Positions 50,827 to 60,483 are shown, counted from the stretch's first letter. The stretch: 64,000 bases of DNA from an uncultured delta proteobacterium (GCA_963715335.1 CAVQRZ010000025.1:64001-128000); one strand, 5' to 3'. A program made the numbers and translations. Notes: generated from the sequence alone by a model not told the origin.

Positions 50827-50856
50827 AAGTAATTATGCGGGCCGAGGAGCAGATCG

Positions 50857-51981
50857 TCAATGTCCGGGTTGACCGTCATCGCGTAAGTATTCGTCGAGGA
50901 ATGCGGCTTTGAAGCTGGTGAAGTCATTGCCTTCAATTGCAACGCGGGCCCCTGCGACCATATCGAGATAGAAGCGGACATTGTGAATTGCCGCGAGAGT
51001 CGCCGACAGGACTTCGTTGGCATTGAAGAGATGATGCAGATAGGCCCTGGTGAAGTTCGCACAGCAATAACAGGTGCATAACGGGTCAACCGGGAAAAAG
51101 TCGCGACGGTAACGCCGGTTGGTCAATCGGATTTTACCTCTCCGGGTAAAGAGGGTGGCACTGCGGGCATAACGGGTCGGAATGACACAGTCGAACATGT
51201 CCATGCCGCGCTCAATGCTTGCCATGATGTCCTCTGGCAGACCGACCCCCATCAGGTATCGTGGTTTGTCTTCCGGCAAGTAGGGCTCCGTGTGGTCGAC
51301 GACTTGCTTGAGCAGTTCCAGACCTTCACCGACACTGACTCCGCCAATTGCATAACCGGGGAAATCCATTGCCGTAAGTGCTCCGGCGCACTCGCGTCGC
51401 AAGTCGTCGTAAGTACTCCCCTGGACGATACCGAACAGTGCCTGGTCTTCTCGGTTATGAGCCTTTAGGCATTCTTCCGCCCAGCGCAGGGTCTTTTTAA
51501 TGGACTTGTTCGAATAATCATGTGACGCCGGGTAGGGGATGCATTCATCAAAAGCCATGATAATATCAGCCCCCAGGAGATTTTGTATCCGGGTTGCTTC
51601 TCGCGGGCCGATAAAGACCCGGTCGCCGTTGATCTCATGTTTGAAAAAGACCCCTGTGTCTGTGATCTCTTTCTTGGGCAGGGAAAAGACCTGGAAGCCC
51701 CCGCTGTCGGTCAGGATCGGCTTGGGCCAGTGCATGAACCGGTGCAGACCACCCGCCTTTTCCACCAAGCCCTCGCCGGGTCTCAAGTGCAGGTGGTAGG
51801 TGTTGGAGAGTATGATCTGGGCCCCTGCATCGTCAACCTGTGCCGGGGTCATTGCCTTGAGGGCACCATGAGTCCCGACCGGCATGAAAATCGGTGTCTC
51901 GATAACCCCGTGCGGGGTCGTGACACGACCACGTCGGGCACGGGTTTTCTGGTCTTTGGCGAGCAATTCAAATCGTAACAT
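50857..51981 (-). CDS. tgt: tRNA-guanine(34) transglycosylase
   Basis: TPIFMPVGT, NTYHL, TDSGGFQ, FDEC, GIVQG, YLMGVG and FDCV.PTR motifs; Zn site CTCYCC...H. Confidence 0.95.
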   Translation of the reverse strand: MLRFELLAKDQKTRARRGRVTTPHGVIETPIFMPVGTHGALKAMTPAQVDDAGAQIILSNTYHLHLRPGEGLVEKAGGLHRFMHWPKPILTDSGGFQVFSLPKKEITDTGVFFKHEINGDRVFIGPREATRIQNLLGADIIMAFDECIPYPASHDYSNKSIKKTLRWAEECLKAHNREDQALFGIVQGSTYDDLRRECAGALTAMDFPGYAIGGVSVGEGLELLKQVVDHTEPYLPEDKPRYLMGVGLPEDIMASIERGMDMFDCVIPTRYARSATLFTRRGKIRLTNRRYRRDFFPVDPLCTCYCCANFTRAYLHHLFNANEVLSATLAAIHNVRFYLDMVAGARVAIEGNDFTSFKAAFLDEYLRDDGQPGH

Positions 51982-52040
51982 AATTTCGTAGGCTTTAGCT
52001 GTCGCAGACGTTGCAGATATGGTGTATACCTGTTGATAAT

Positions 52041-53045
52041 ATGGCGGACTCTATCAGAATTGATGAAGGACTACAACAACCTGAAATGATCGCTGAAAAG
52101 AATTTACTCATACCGGATTGGCCCGCCGGATTGCAGGAAGTCGATATAGTCAAGGCCCGCTTTGCCCTGGATTTTCTCTCTCCTTGCACCGCTCAGCCCG
52201 CTGATTTTATAATGCTGTTCCGCACTCTGCGTAATGTCGGCAGGCAGATGCTTGACTCGACCGATCCCCTCGCAGTTAGGCAATGGGAAGACCTTTTCCA
52301 ACCTGCCCTGAGTGACGACCCAGTCGCCCGGCGCAAATTCCAGAAACCGGCACCGGCATTGGTGATGACCATGCCGGTCGTGCAGAAAACCTTTATCGAC
52401 ACCGGCGACCGGCTAGAATGTGAGGTGCTGTTTATCGGCGCCGGCGTACCGCTCATCCCCGTATTTTTGGGAAGCCTGATTCAACTGGGCAGTCTTGGGA
52501 TGGTTTTCGATCAGGGTCATTTTGAAGTCACGGCAGTTTACAGCACGCAGAATGGGCAGCCTGAATCTCCCGCCTGGCGGCAGGGTGATCCACTGGATTC
52601 TTTGACATGTACGGTCCAACCCCTGAGCTGGCTGGTCAATCAGGAACAGGTTCCCGATAGACTGACGATATCGTATGAGACCCCGGTTCGACTGATGGCC
52701 GCCGGCAGACCACTGAGGAAGCCGCACTTCAGGCAGGTGTTCCCGTTTATGCTGCGACGCGTGACCTCCATGCTGTTCGCTCACACGGGGATTGAAATTC
52801 TTGATGAACCATCCAGTTTGCTTGGAAGCGCCAGCAGGCTAGAAGAGTCGGCAACACGCCTGACCTGGACCGATTGGAGAGAGATTGCCGGTCAACAGGG
52901 ATTGGTAGTCGGCGGCTTCACGGGCGAAATGCTTCTCTCCGGCGAGGCCATAGAACAGATATACTGGGTTCTGGCGGTAGCATCGCTGTTCGGCATCGGC
53001 AAGAGTGCGACCTATGGCGCCGGTCGATTCAGACTTTGCCACTGA
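52041..53045 (+). CDS. Stand-alone Cas6-like RAMP protein (Cas6b/DUF2276-like); start uncertain (52041 or 52086)
   Basis: C-terminal G-loop GIGKSATYGAGRF (GhGxxxxxGhG); ETPVRL, F..MLRR..SM, W.DW and GGF.G....G motifs; no array or other cas genes in the window. Confidence 0.75.
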   Translation: MADSIRIDEGLQQPEMIAEKNLLIPDWPAGLQEVDIVKARFALDFLSPCTAQPADFIMLFRTLRNVGRQMLDSTDPLAVRQWEDLFQPALSDDPVARRKFQKPAPALVMTMPVVQKTFIDTGDRLECEVLFIGAGVPLIPVFLGSLIQLGSLGMVFDQGHFEVTAVYSTQNGQPESPAWRQGDPLDSLTCTVQPLSWLVNQEQVPDRLTISYETPVRLMAAGRPLRKPHFRQVFPFMLRRVTSMLFAHTGIEILDEPSSLLGSASRLEESATRLTWTDWREIAGQQGLVVGGFTGEMLLSGEAIEQIYWVLAVASLFGIGKSATYGAGRFRLCH

Positions 53046-53109
53046 TTTGTTGCTGGGCTTCAAATGCCTGTTATAATTAAAAAAACGAGAGCTTTCCGGA
53101 GGTGATGTT

Positions 53110-53424
53110 ATGACGGATGCATGGGAAGAGCGGAAAAAGGCCTTGGAGAATAAATACTTTCATGACCTGGAAAAAGAACTGATCGAGAAGATCCGGCAGG
53201 AGACCCAGGAAAAGCTGATTCGTAAATATTGTCTTGGTCGTTGCCCGAAATGCGGCGACAAGATCGAGCCGATCAATTACAGGGGGGTTCCAATGGATAA
53301 ATGTGTCAACTGCGGAGGGGTCTGGATGGGGCCGAATGACTTCAGGATCTTTTCGGAGAAGGACCATCGTACCTGGTTTGAGCGGTGGTTCAAGGAAGAG
53401 GCGATCGACAAGGACGGCTCATGA
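53110..53424 (+). CDS. Small protein with an N-terminal charged helix and a zf-TFIIB-like Zn ribbon
   Basis: CPKC...DKCVNCGGVW motif; SD GGAGGT. Confidence 0.85.
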   Translation: MTDAWEERKKALENKYFHDLEKELIEKIRQETQEKLIRKYCLGRCPKCGDKIEPINYRGVPMDKCVNCGGVWMGPNDFRIFSEKDHRTWFERWFKEEAIDKDGS

Positions 53425-53440
53425 TACCGTGACCGCCCCT

Positions 53441-53992
53441 TTATCCTTCTCCAAAAACCTGGGCGCTGAAAACATAGATGTCAGCATCATCGGCTTTCCA
53501 GGCATCCGTCGGCAATCCCGCCTTGATACAGGTCTGTTTCAGAAAGGCTAGACGATCCCAGTTGTGTTCCAGGGCAACCTGGGGCAGAAGGACGCCCCGA
53601 TAGAAACCCTTTTCGATGTAAATGCCGTGTTTGCCGACTTCTATCTCCTCGATATCTTCAATCTTCTGTAGCGGCGTGAGCACTGAAATCTCGAGGGTGA
53701 AGTTGCTCAGATCGTTTTCCTTGAGAGGGTAAAAACGGGGATCTTTCGCCGCGGAGGCCTGGGCCATCTGGGCGACTTCCTTGAACAGCGGCAGTTCGGA
53801 CTGGAAATTACCAATGCAGCCGCGCAATTGTCCGTTCTGCTTGATCGTCACAAAGCAGCCGTTGCGCTGGTTCAGGGCTTTTTCTTCTCGTGGTTCAATG
53901 TACTCCTGGCCAGTTAGCACGCCTTGAATGATCGCCTGGCGGGCAATGGCTAGGAGGGCTTGCTGCTCGTGAGCGTTCAACTCTCGGTCCAC
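53441..53992 (-). CDS. AMMECR1-domain protein (AmmeMemoRadiSam system protein A)
   Basis: GCFVT, LRGCIG, DPRF, EISVL, G.HG and LLPQVA.E..W motifs. Confidence 0.93.
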   Translation of the reverse strand: MDRELNAHEQQALLAIARQAIIQGVLTGQEYIEPREEKALNQRNGCFVTIKQNGQLRGCIGNFQSELPLFKEVAQMAQASAAKDPRFYPLKENDLSNFTLEISVLTPLQKIEDIEEIEVGKHGIYIEKGFYRGVLLPQVALEHNWDRLAFLKQTCIKAGLPTDAWKADDADIYVFSAQVFGEG

Positions 53993-54207
53993 GCTGCCTC
54001 CAGATTTTTAAGGTGAGGATTTGCCCTCATGAAGAACGGGCCAATCATAGAGCCCTGAACCAATTTTTTCAAGGTAACAATTACCAGTCAGGAGATTAAT
54101 TTAAGCGATTAAATCTGCCGAACGCTTTTCAGCGAGAGAGTTTCGTCCCTGGAGAGTTCCGATCTGTAACGAATCCATGCGTTATCTTTTCGATGTGCCT
54201 TAACGTT

Positions 54208-55335
54208 TCAGGCCGGAGGCTGGTTCTTCTCATCTGTCTGTTTGTCGATAATGCAATAAATCCCTTCTCCTTTGAGCCCTGGGCGAAAGCAGCCGTTGCA
54301 GGATATGCAAGTGGCCGTGTGGCCGTCATCATCTTTCCAGATTCTGGGTAGGTCGGGCTCTCTGATCAGCGGCCGGGAGATGGCAAACAGGTCGGCATCG
54401 CCTTCCAGTAGGAGGGTCTGCATGACGCCACAGGAGCGCAGCCCGCCAACTACCATCACTGGAACCTGAACCACTTTTTTGATCGCTCGGGCCAGTTTGG
54501 CATTATAGGCTTCTTTCTCCGGCGCATTGATGTGTTGTCGAACCGGGCTCAGTGCGCCGGAGACAGCTGTTCCTGAACTGACCTCGATAGCATCAATGCC
54601 AAGTTCCTGAAGCCGGATGGCAATCTCCACACAGTCCTGAAGCTGCAGGCCGCCTTCAAGGTGGTCGGAAGCGGTCAGCTTGATGGTTAACGGATAGTCG
54701 CTGCCGACGGCAGATCTGACAGCGATCATGACCTCTTGCAGAAAAGTCATGCGCTTTTCCACACTGCCGCCGTAGGCATCCTGACGCTGATTGCACAGCG
54801 GGGAAAGGAATTGGTTGATCAGGTAGCCGTGGGCGCCGTGCAGTTGCACACCGTCAAAGCCCGCGTCCCTGGCACGGCGGGCGGCCTCACCGAATGCCGT
54901 CACGAGATCATTTATGTCGTCTGCGGTCATTTCCTGTGGGTCGTCCTGATACCCCTTGTAACCGGTTTTCGAAGGAACCAGCGGCTGTTTGCCGATGACC
55001 TTGCGGGTCGTCTGTCCGCCAGCATGCACCAGTTGACAGAAGATCGCGCCCCCTTCCTGGCGGACCGCTTCGGTCAGCCCCATGAGACCGGGCAGATAAG
55101 AGTCATGACATATGCCCATTTTGCCGGGCAACTGTTTGCCGTCTGCCCGCACATAACTGTATCCGGAGATCAGCAAACCGGTTTCACCCCTGGCCAGTTG
55201 CCGGTAATATTCGACCAGTTGCGGTGTCACGTTGCCATCATCGTCACACATGCCCTCCCACGTGGCGCTACGGACAATGCGGTTTTTCAGTGTGAGATGG
55301 CCGATCTGGATATTGTCAAACAGGGATTTCCCCAT
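54208..55335 (-). CDS. NADH:flavin oxidoreductase (Old Yellow Enzyme family)
   Basis: LKNRIVRSAT.E, QLVHAG, GFDGVQLHGAHGYL..QFLSP, SRPLIREP and C-terminal CISCN.C motifs. Confidence 0.92.
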   Translation of the reverse strand: MGKSLFDNIQIGHLTLKNRIVRSATWEGMCDDDGNVTPQLVEYYRQLARGETGLLISGYSYVRADGKQLPGKMGICHDSYLPGLMGLTEAVRQEGGAIFCQLVHAGGQTTRKVIGKQPLVPSKTGYKGYQDDPQEMTADDINDLVTAFGEAARRARDAGFDGVQLHGAHGYLINQFLSPLCNQRQDAYGGSVEKRMTFLQEVMIAVRSAVGSDYPLTIKLTASDHLEGGLQLQDCVEIAIRLQELGIDAIEVSSGTAVSGALSPVRQHINAPEKEAYNAKLARAIKKVVQVPVMVVGGLRSCGVMQTLLLEGDADLFAISRPLIREPDLPRIWKDDDGHTATCISCNGCFRPGLKGEGIYCIIDKQTDEKNQPPA

Positions 55336-55362
55336 GACGGTTCCTCCATCGAATGGCAGATT

Positions 55363-55406
55363 AAAAAGATACAGCGGCCCATAAATAACATGGACCGCTG
55401 TTTTTT
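55363..55406 (-). terminator. Hairpin downstream of typA, flanked by A and T tracts
   Basis: AAAAA..ACAGCGG.CCAT-loop-ATGG.CCGCTGT.TTTTT. Confidence 0.5.
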
Positions 55407-55460
55407 ATCATGTCCTCAGGGGAGCCTGGCAAATTGTAGAACCTAGGTCCCGGCTTCCGG

Positions 55461-57272
55461 CTACTTGAGCTTCTTACCCTCTCTCTTACGGTCATTTTCG
55501 TCAAGCAGACGCTTGCGCAGGCGAATCGATTCGGGGGTGACTTCCACCAGTTCGTCATTGCCGATGAATTCGATGGCCTGCTCAAGAGTCAAATCACGTG
55601 GCGTGGTCAGGCGGATGGCTTCATCACTCCCGGAGGCGCGCACATTGGTCAACTTCTTCCCTTTGCATGCATTGACTACGAGATCGTTGTCTTTGGCGTG
55701 CTGGCCGATAATCATTCCCTCGTAGACGTTGATGCCGGGTCTGACGAAGAGCGTTCCGCGCTCCTGAAGGTTGAAAAGCGAGTAGGCGATTGTTTCACCT
55801 GCGTCTATCGCGATCAGGACGCCATTTTTACGTCCGGGAATAAGTCCTTTCCAAGGCTCATAACCATGGAAAGTGTGGTTCATAACGCCGGTGCCGCGAG
55901 TATCGGTGAGGAATTCACTGCGGAAACCGATCAATCCGCGTGCGGGGATGATGAACTCGAGGCGGTTGACACCTTCAAGCGCGTTCATGGCGACCATCTC
56001 CGCTTTACGGGCACCGAGTTTCTCAATCACCGTGCCCTGGTGTTCTTCGGGGACATCAACCACCAGATACTCCATCGGTTCGCACTGTTCGCCGTTGATC
56101 TCGCGACAGATGACTTCCGGCTTGGAGACTGCCAGTTCAAAACCTTCCCGTCGCATGTTCTCGATCAGGATCGACAGGTGCAGTTCACCACGTCCTGAAA
56201 CCCTGAATGTGTCGGTATTGGCGGTTTCCTCGACGCGCAGGGAGACATTGGTGCGCAGTTCCTTGAAAAGGCGATCGCGGATGTTGCGCGACGTGACATA
56301 TTTACCCTCCCGGCCGGCAAAGGGGGACGAGTTGACGATGAAGTTCATCGCCAGGGTCGGCTCGTCGATCGATATGTAGGGGAGTGATTTGGGGCGTTCG
56401 GCGCAAGCCAGGGTCTCGCCGATGCCGATGTTTTCAAAGCCTGCTACGGTGACGATATCACCTGCGCCTGCTTCAGTCAGTTCAATCTGTTTGAGCCCTT
56501 CGTAACCGAGCAGCTTGGTGATGCGTGATTTGGATATTTCACCACTTTTCATGATCCGGGCGGCGGTTGCGCCGGTTTTTATGCGACCGCTGAAAATCTT
56601 GCCGGTGGCGATACGGCCAAGGTAATCGTTATAGTCGATAGATGATACCAGCATCTGGAATGGTGCTTCCAGGTCGGCGACCGGAGGAGCAACCCGCTCA
56701 CGGATCATCTCGAAGAGCGGTTCGAGGTTATCCGATGCATCGCTCAGTTCGCGTTTGGCAATCCCCAGCTTGGCGCTGGTATAGACAATCGGAAAGTCAA
56801 GTTGTTCATCGTCGGCGTTGAGCTCGCAAAACAGGTCGAAGACCATGTCGACTACCTTCTCCGGACGTGCTCCGGGGCGGTCGATCTTGTTGATGACGAC
56901 GATCGGGCGGATGTCCAGATCAAGAGACTTTTTCAGTACGAAGCGGGTCTGCGGCATCGGACCATCGAAAGCATCCACCAGCAACAGGACCGAGTCGACC
57001 ATTTTGAGGACGCGTTCCACTTCACCGCCGAAATCGGCATGACCGGGGGTGTCGACAATATTGATTTTGATGCCGTTGTGGTGTATCGAGAGGTTCTTTG
57101 ACAAGATCGTGATGCCGCGTTCCTTCTCCAGATCGTTACTGTCCATCACCCGTTCGGTGATGATCTGGTTGTCGCGAAAGACTCCTGATTGCTTGAGCAT
57201 AGCATCAACCAGGGTGGTTTTGCCGTGGTCGACGTGGGCAATTATGGCAATGTTGCGCAGATGTTCACTCAT
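55461..57272 (-). CDS. typA: Translational GTPase TypA/BipA
   Basis: [34 protein letters not shown] and EVTP..IRLRK motifs. Confidence 0.98.
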   Translation of the reverse strand: MSEHLRNIAIIAHVDHGKTTLVDAMLKQSGVFRDNQIITERVMDSNDLEKERGITILSKNLSIHHNGIKINIVDTPGHADFGGEVERVLKMVDSVLLLVDAFDGPMPQTRFVLKKSLDLDIRPIVVINKIDRPGARPEKVVDMVFDLFCELNADDEQLDFPIVYTSAKLGIAKRELSDASDNLEPLFEMIRERVAPPVADLEAPFQMLVSSIDYNDYLGRIATGKIFSGRIKTGATAARIMKSGEISKSRITKLLGYEGLKQIELTEAGAGDIVTVAGFENIGIGETLACAERPKSLPYISIDEPTLAMNFIVNSSPFAGREGKYVTSRNIRDRLFKELRTNVSLRVEETANTDTFRVSGRGELHLSILIENMRREGFELAVSKPEVICREINGEQCEPMEYLVVDVPEEHQGTVIEKLGARKAEMVAMNALEGVNRLEFIIPARGLIGFRSEFLTDTRGTGVMNHTFHGYEPWKGLIPGRKNGVLIAIDAGETIAYSLFNLQERGTLFVRPGINVYEGMIIGQHAKDNDLVVNACKGKKLTNVRASGSDEAIRLTTPRDLTLEQAIEFIGNDELVEVTPESIRLRKRLLDENDRKREGKKLK

Positions 57273-57440
57273 GGTTTGTGGCTTTCTTTATAAATCCGGC
57301 AAGAGTTATTATAGTTCGGGCGGCACATGATAGTCACTTGTCGTGGAAATGCAAGCGGCTTTTTCTGCAGATGGCTTGTCTGATCTACGGCTATGGCCTA
57401 AGATAGACAACCAATAATATCGATCAGGCGGATTTAACCG

Positions 57441-58526
57441 ATGAGGAATCTTGTTTCTCGGAGTCTCTTGTGGCCAGTAATCATGTCGATTGCCCTGGCC
57501 TGCTTTGCCGGTTGTACCGGGATGGACCGGTACCTGCCGGCCGAGGCCCCGAAATTGACAGCTGAGCAGGAAATCCAGGTCGGGACGGCCGCAGGAGACC
57601 GGCTACTCCAACTGCTTGGTGGTCCGTACCACGACGAAGCTCTTGCCGAAGAGATTGAATCCCTGCTTACACCGGATGACGTGATTTCCGGTCGACTCGC
57701 TGTCTCTGTCGCAGACAAGAGCGCCGCGGCACTCTATATCCTGCCGGGTGGCCGGGTTGTTATGACCCGTGGCCTGTTGTCAGAGGTCCTTGACCTGGGA
57801 GGGTTGAAGGCCTTGCTGCAGCAGGTCGCCGCTCTCACCCGTACAGCCTCTTCCGTTCAGGCAACCCGCGATGCGAACCAGGCCACGATGGAAATCCTGT
57901 CGATCAAAGAGTCCGTATATGATCCCGAATCAGGTTCGATCAGGCTGGCGCGAATTCTTGCCGAGCGCCCATGCGAAGGGGGCTGCGTGAAAGATTTACT
58001 GTCCTCTCGAGTGAGCAGTTCTAAAGAGGTCACGGAACCGATCCGCTTGCTCAAGGAATTGCAGCCGGCATACGCGTTGTTGGCTGAGGCCCAGCGGTTT
58101 GAAAAAGCAGACAACTCCGCGCAGGCAATCATCTCCTATCTCAAAGCCGCAACCATGGCCCCTGAGGAGCCGCACATCCTGGGCTCTCTGGGGATGGCCT
58201 ATCTGCGTGCCGGTGAGTTGCAGACGGCCAGACTCAATTTGCAGAAGGCGGTCAAACTGCAGCCAGACTATTACAAGACTCGAATGGGGCTCGGTTACCT
58301 CTCCCTGCAGCAGGGCCAGGTAGGTAAGGCAAACGATGAACTGGCAGAGAGCGTCCGCCTGCTGCCGGTCACGGAAAACCTCTTTCTGCTCGCCGAGGCA
58401 CGCGAAAAAGGTGGCGACGCCGAAGGCAGTATGTCTTTGTACCGACTGATCGTTGAGAAGGATGCACAGAGCAAGCTGGGACGTACGGCAGCAAGCCGTC
58501 TGGCCCGGGTAAAGGGTGCGCAGTGA
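57441..58526 (+). CDS. Lipoprotein with a degenerate M48-like N-terminal domain and C-terminal TPRs
   Basis: Lipobox FAGC; EQEIQVG and LPGG.V.MTRGLL (M48-like) but no HExxH; 3-4 TPRs. Confidence 0.72.
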   Translation: MRNLVSRSLLWPVIMSIALACFAGCTGMDRYLPAEAPKLTAEQEIQVGTAAGDRLLQLLGGPYHDEALAEEIESLLTPDDVISGRLAVSVADKSAAALYILPGGRVVMTRGLLSEVLDLGGLKALLQQVAALTRTASSVQATRDANQATMEILSIKESVYDPESGSIRLARILAERPCEGGCVKDLLSSRVSSSKEVTEPIRLLKELQPAYALLAEAQRFEKADNSAQAIISYLKAATMAPEEPHILGSLGMAYLRAGELQTARLNLQKAVKLQPDYYKTRMGLGYLSLQQGQVGKANDELAESVRLLPVTENLFLLAEAREKGGDAEGSMSLYRLIVEKDAQSKLGRTAASRLARVKGAQ

Positions 58527-59038
58527 TTCAGGCCTCTATTCTGGAGGATGGTGAAACCATTCGCTGGGAGGCGCGGCCCGCACCGCGTTGTTATACCTTT
58601 CGGCACTGGCGGCATTCCGTTTTCGGCCTGATTTTCCTTGCGATCTGCAGCTACTGGCAGTTCTTGGGGATTTCTCTGGCGAAGACTTACGCTGTGAGTT
58701 GGCTGGCCTGGATACCGCTTCCCTTCGTTCTGATTGGGCTGTATTTTTTCGTTGGGCATCTGCTGCATGCCCGTCTTGAGTGGAACCGTGTTAATTACCT
58801 CATAACGGATCGGCGGGTGATTGCGCAACGTGGCCTGACGTCCCCTTGCACACAGTTCATCGTATTGTCAGAAATCACATATTTCCACCTGCATCGACAA
58901 GGTGAGCAACTCGGAACGCTGCGTGTCCACCAGGGCCGGGAGCAGTCCCTTATCCTGCACTGCATAGAATACCCGCATCTGGCAATGGATCTTCTGTCAG
59001 CAGCAATAGCAAGGAACGAAGCGCAAAAGGCAAAGTGA
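58523..59038 (+). CDS. Membrane protein with a bacterial PH (bPH) domain
   Basis: GE.I.W..RP; two TMs; Y.ITDRRVI...G motif. Confidence 0.75.
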   Translation: MIQASILEDGETIRWEARPAPRCYTFRHWRHSVFGLIFLAICSYWQFLGISLAKTYAVSWLAWIPLPFVLIGLYFFVGHLLHARLEWNRVNYLITDRRVIAQRGLTSPCTQFIVLSEITYFHLHRQGEQLGTLRVHQGREQSLILHCIEYPHLAMDLLSAAIARNEAQKAK

Positions 59039-59136
59039 GCCTTATGTTAAATTTGGGCGGTTACGGCAATTCGGTTGCTTTCTTGCGGGTTTTTGATTAA
59101 TCTCTAGCCCCTTAATCTTGGCTGGGATATAACCCT

Positions 59137-60483
59137 ATGAATAATAAAGCTTTTTACCTGGAAACTTTTGGCTGCCAGATGAACGTCGTCGACTCGGAGC
59201 GGATTGTCGACCTGCTCGGCGGCATTGGTTACCAGCAGGTCGAACAGCCCGACCAGGCCGGCCTGATCCTGCTGAACACCTGTGCTGTTCGGGACAAGGC
59301 CGTGCGCAAAGCCTACGGTCATCTGGGGCGCTTCAAACCCCTTAAGGACCGCAATCCGGAACTCATCCTCGGCATGGGTGGCTGCATCGCCCAGCAGGAA
59401 GGCAAGCAGCTGCTCGAGGAGTTCCCTTACCTGGATCTGGTTTTCGGCACGCACAATGTTCACCGCCTGCCTGAAATGGTACAGAATGTTGCCGACCATC
59501 GCGTACGTTGTGAAGAGACCGAATTCCTCGACCGCGACACGCGGCTGCAGCTCTTCCCTTCACGTACCGGCCAGGATGCCTATACCCGTTTCGTCACGGT
59601 CATGCAGGGTTGTGACAACTTCTGCAGTTATTGTGTCGTGCCTTATGTCCGTGGCCGCGAGATCAGCCGCCCCAGCGGTGAAATCCTCGAAGAAATCCGC
59701 GATCTGGCATCGCAGGGTGTGCGCGAGGTGACCCTGATCGGCCAGAATGTCAATTCTTACGGCCTCAAAGACGAGCCCGAGCTTTCTTTCGCAGGTCTTC
59801 TCAAACAGGTCAATGAAATTTCTGGCATAGACCGGATTCGCTTCACTACCTCTCACCCGAAAGATCTGTCGGATGAGCTGGTCGATTGTTTCGGATCACT
59901 TGAGAAGCTCTGTAAACACCTGCATCTGCCGGTCCAGTGTGGATCCGATAATATCCTGCTGGCAATGAACCGTGGTTACACACGCGAACGCTACCTGGAG
60001 ATCGTCGACCGCCTGCGTCGGGTTTGCCCGGATATCCGTCTGACGACGGACGTCATCGTCGGTTTCCCGGGCGAGAACGACGAAGACTTCGATGAGACTA
60101 TGGCATTGCTTGAGGAAGTGCGTTACGCGGAAATTTATTCATTTATCTACTCGCCTCGAAAGGGCACGACTGCAGCAAATATGGATGATGAGACTCCCGC
60201 AGAGGTGAAACAGGCACGTTTCGATCGCATGCTCAGCGTCCAGCAGGAAATCAGCCGTCAGACCTGGGAAGCGGATATCGGCTCGGTGCTGGATGTCCTG
60301 GTCGAAGGTGAAAGCAGGATGGGAGAGGGGCAGATGTTTGGCCGCACCACCTGGAACAGAATTGTCAATTTTACCGGTCCGGGTGAACTGTCAGGTCGTA
60401 TCGTGCCGGTCAAGATCATCAGATCCTATCGCAACTCGCTGCTCGGTGAGTTGCCTGAAAACTGCGAGAGCGAAACATTATGA
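59137..60483 (+). CDS. miaB: tRNA-2-methylthio-N6-dimethylallyladenosine synthase
   Basis: TFGCQMN..DS, NTCAVR, GC, GCDNFCSYC.VP, GQNVNSY and D.IVGFPGE motifs; TRAM domain. Confidence 0.96.
   Translation: MNNKAFYLETFGCQMNVVDSERIVDLLGGIGYQQVEQPDQAGLILLNTCAVRDKAVRKAYGHLGRFKPLKDRNPELILGMGGCIAQQEGKQLLEEFPYLDLVFGTHNVHRLPEMVQNVADHRVRCEETEFLDRDTRLQLFPSRTGQDAYTRFVTVMQGCDNFCSYCVVPYVRGREISRPSGEILEEIRDLASQGVREVTLIGQNVNSYGLKDEPELSFAGLLKQVNEISGIDRIRFTTSHPKDLSDELVDCFGSLEKLCKHLHLPVQCGSDNILLAMNRGYTRERYLEIVDRLRRVCPDIRLTTDVIVGFPGENDEDFDETMALLEEVRYAEIYSFIYSPRKGTTAANMDDETPAEVKQARFDRMLSVQQEISRQTWEADIGSVLDVLVEGESRMGEGQMFGRTTWNRIVNFTGPGELSGRIVPVKIIRSYRNSLLGELPENCESETL

Noticed and set aside
51982..54207. Search for a CRISPR array or mini-array around the Cas6-like gene
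   Set aside because: I saw no direct repeats of 23-47 nt in the flanking intergenic regions or elsewhere in the window by eye. A degenerate single repeat cannot be excluded.
59025..59052. Perfect XerD arm TTATGTTAAAT (59042-59052) suggesting a dif site
   Set aside because: The would-be XerC arm (AAAAGGCAAAG) lacks the inner ATAA and overlaps a coding 3' end, and gene orientation does not switch here.
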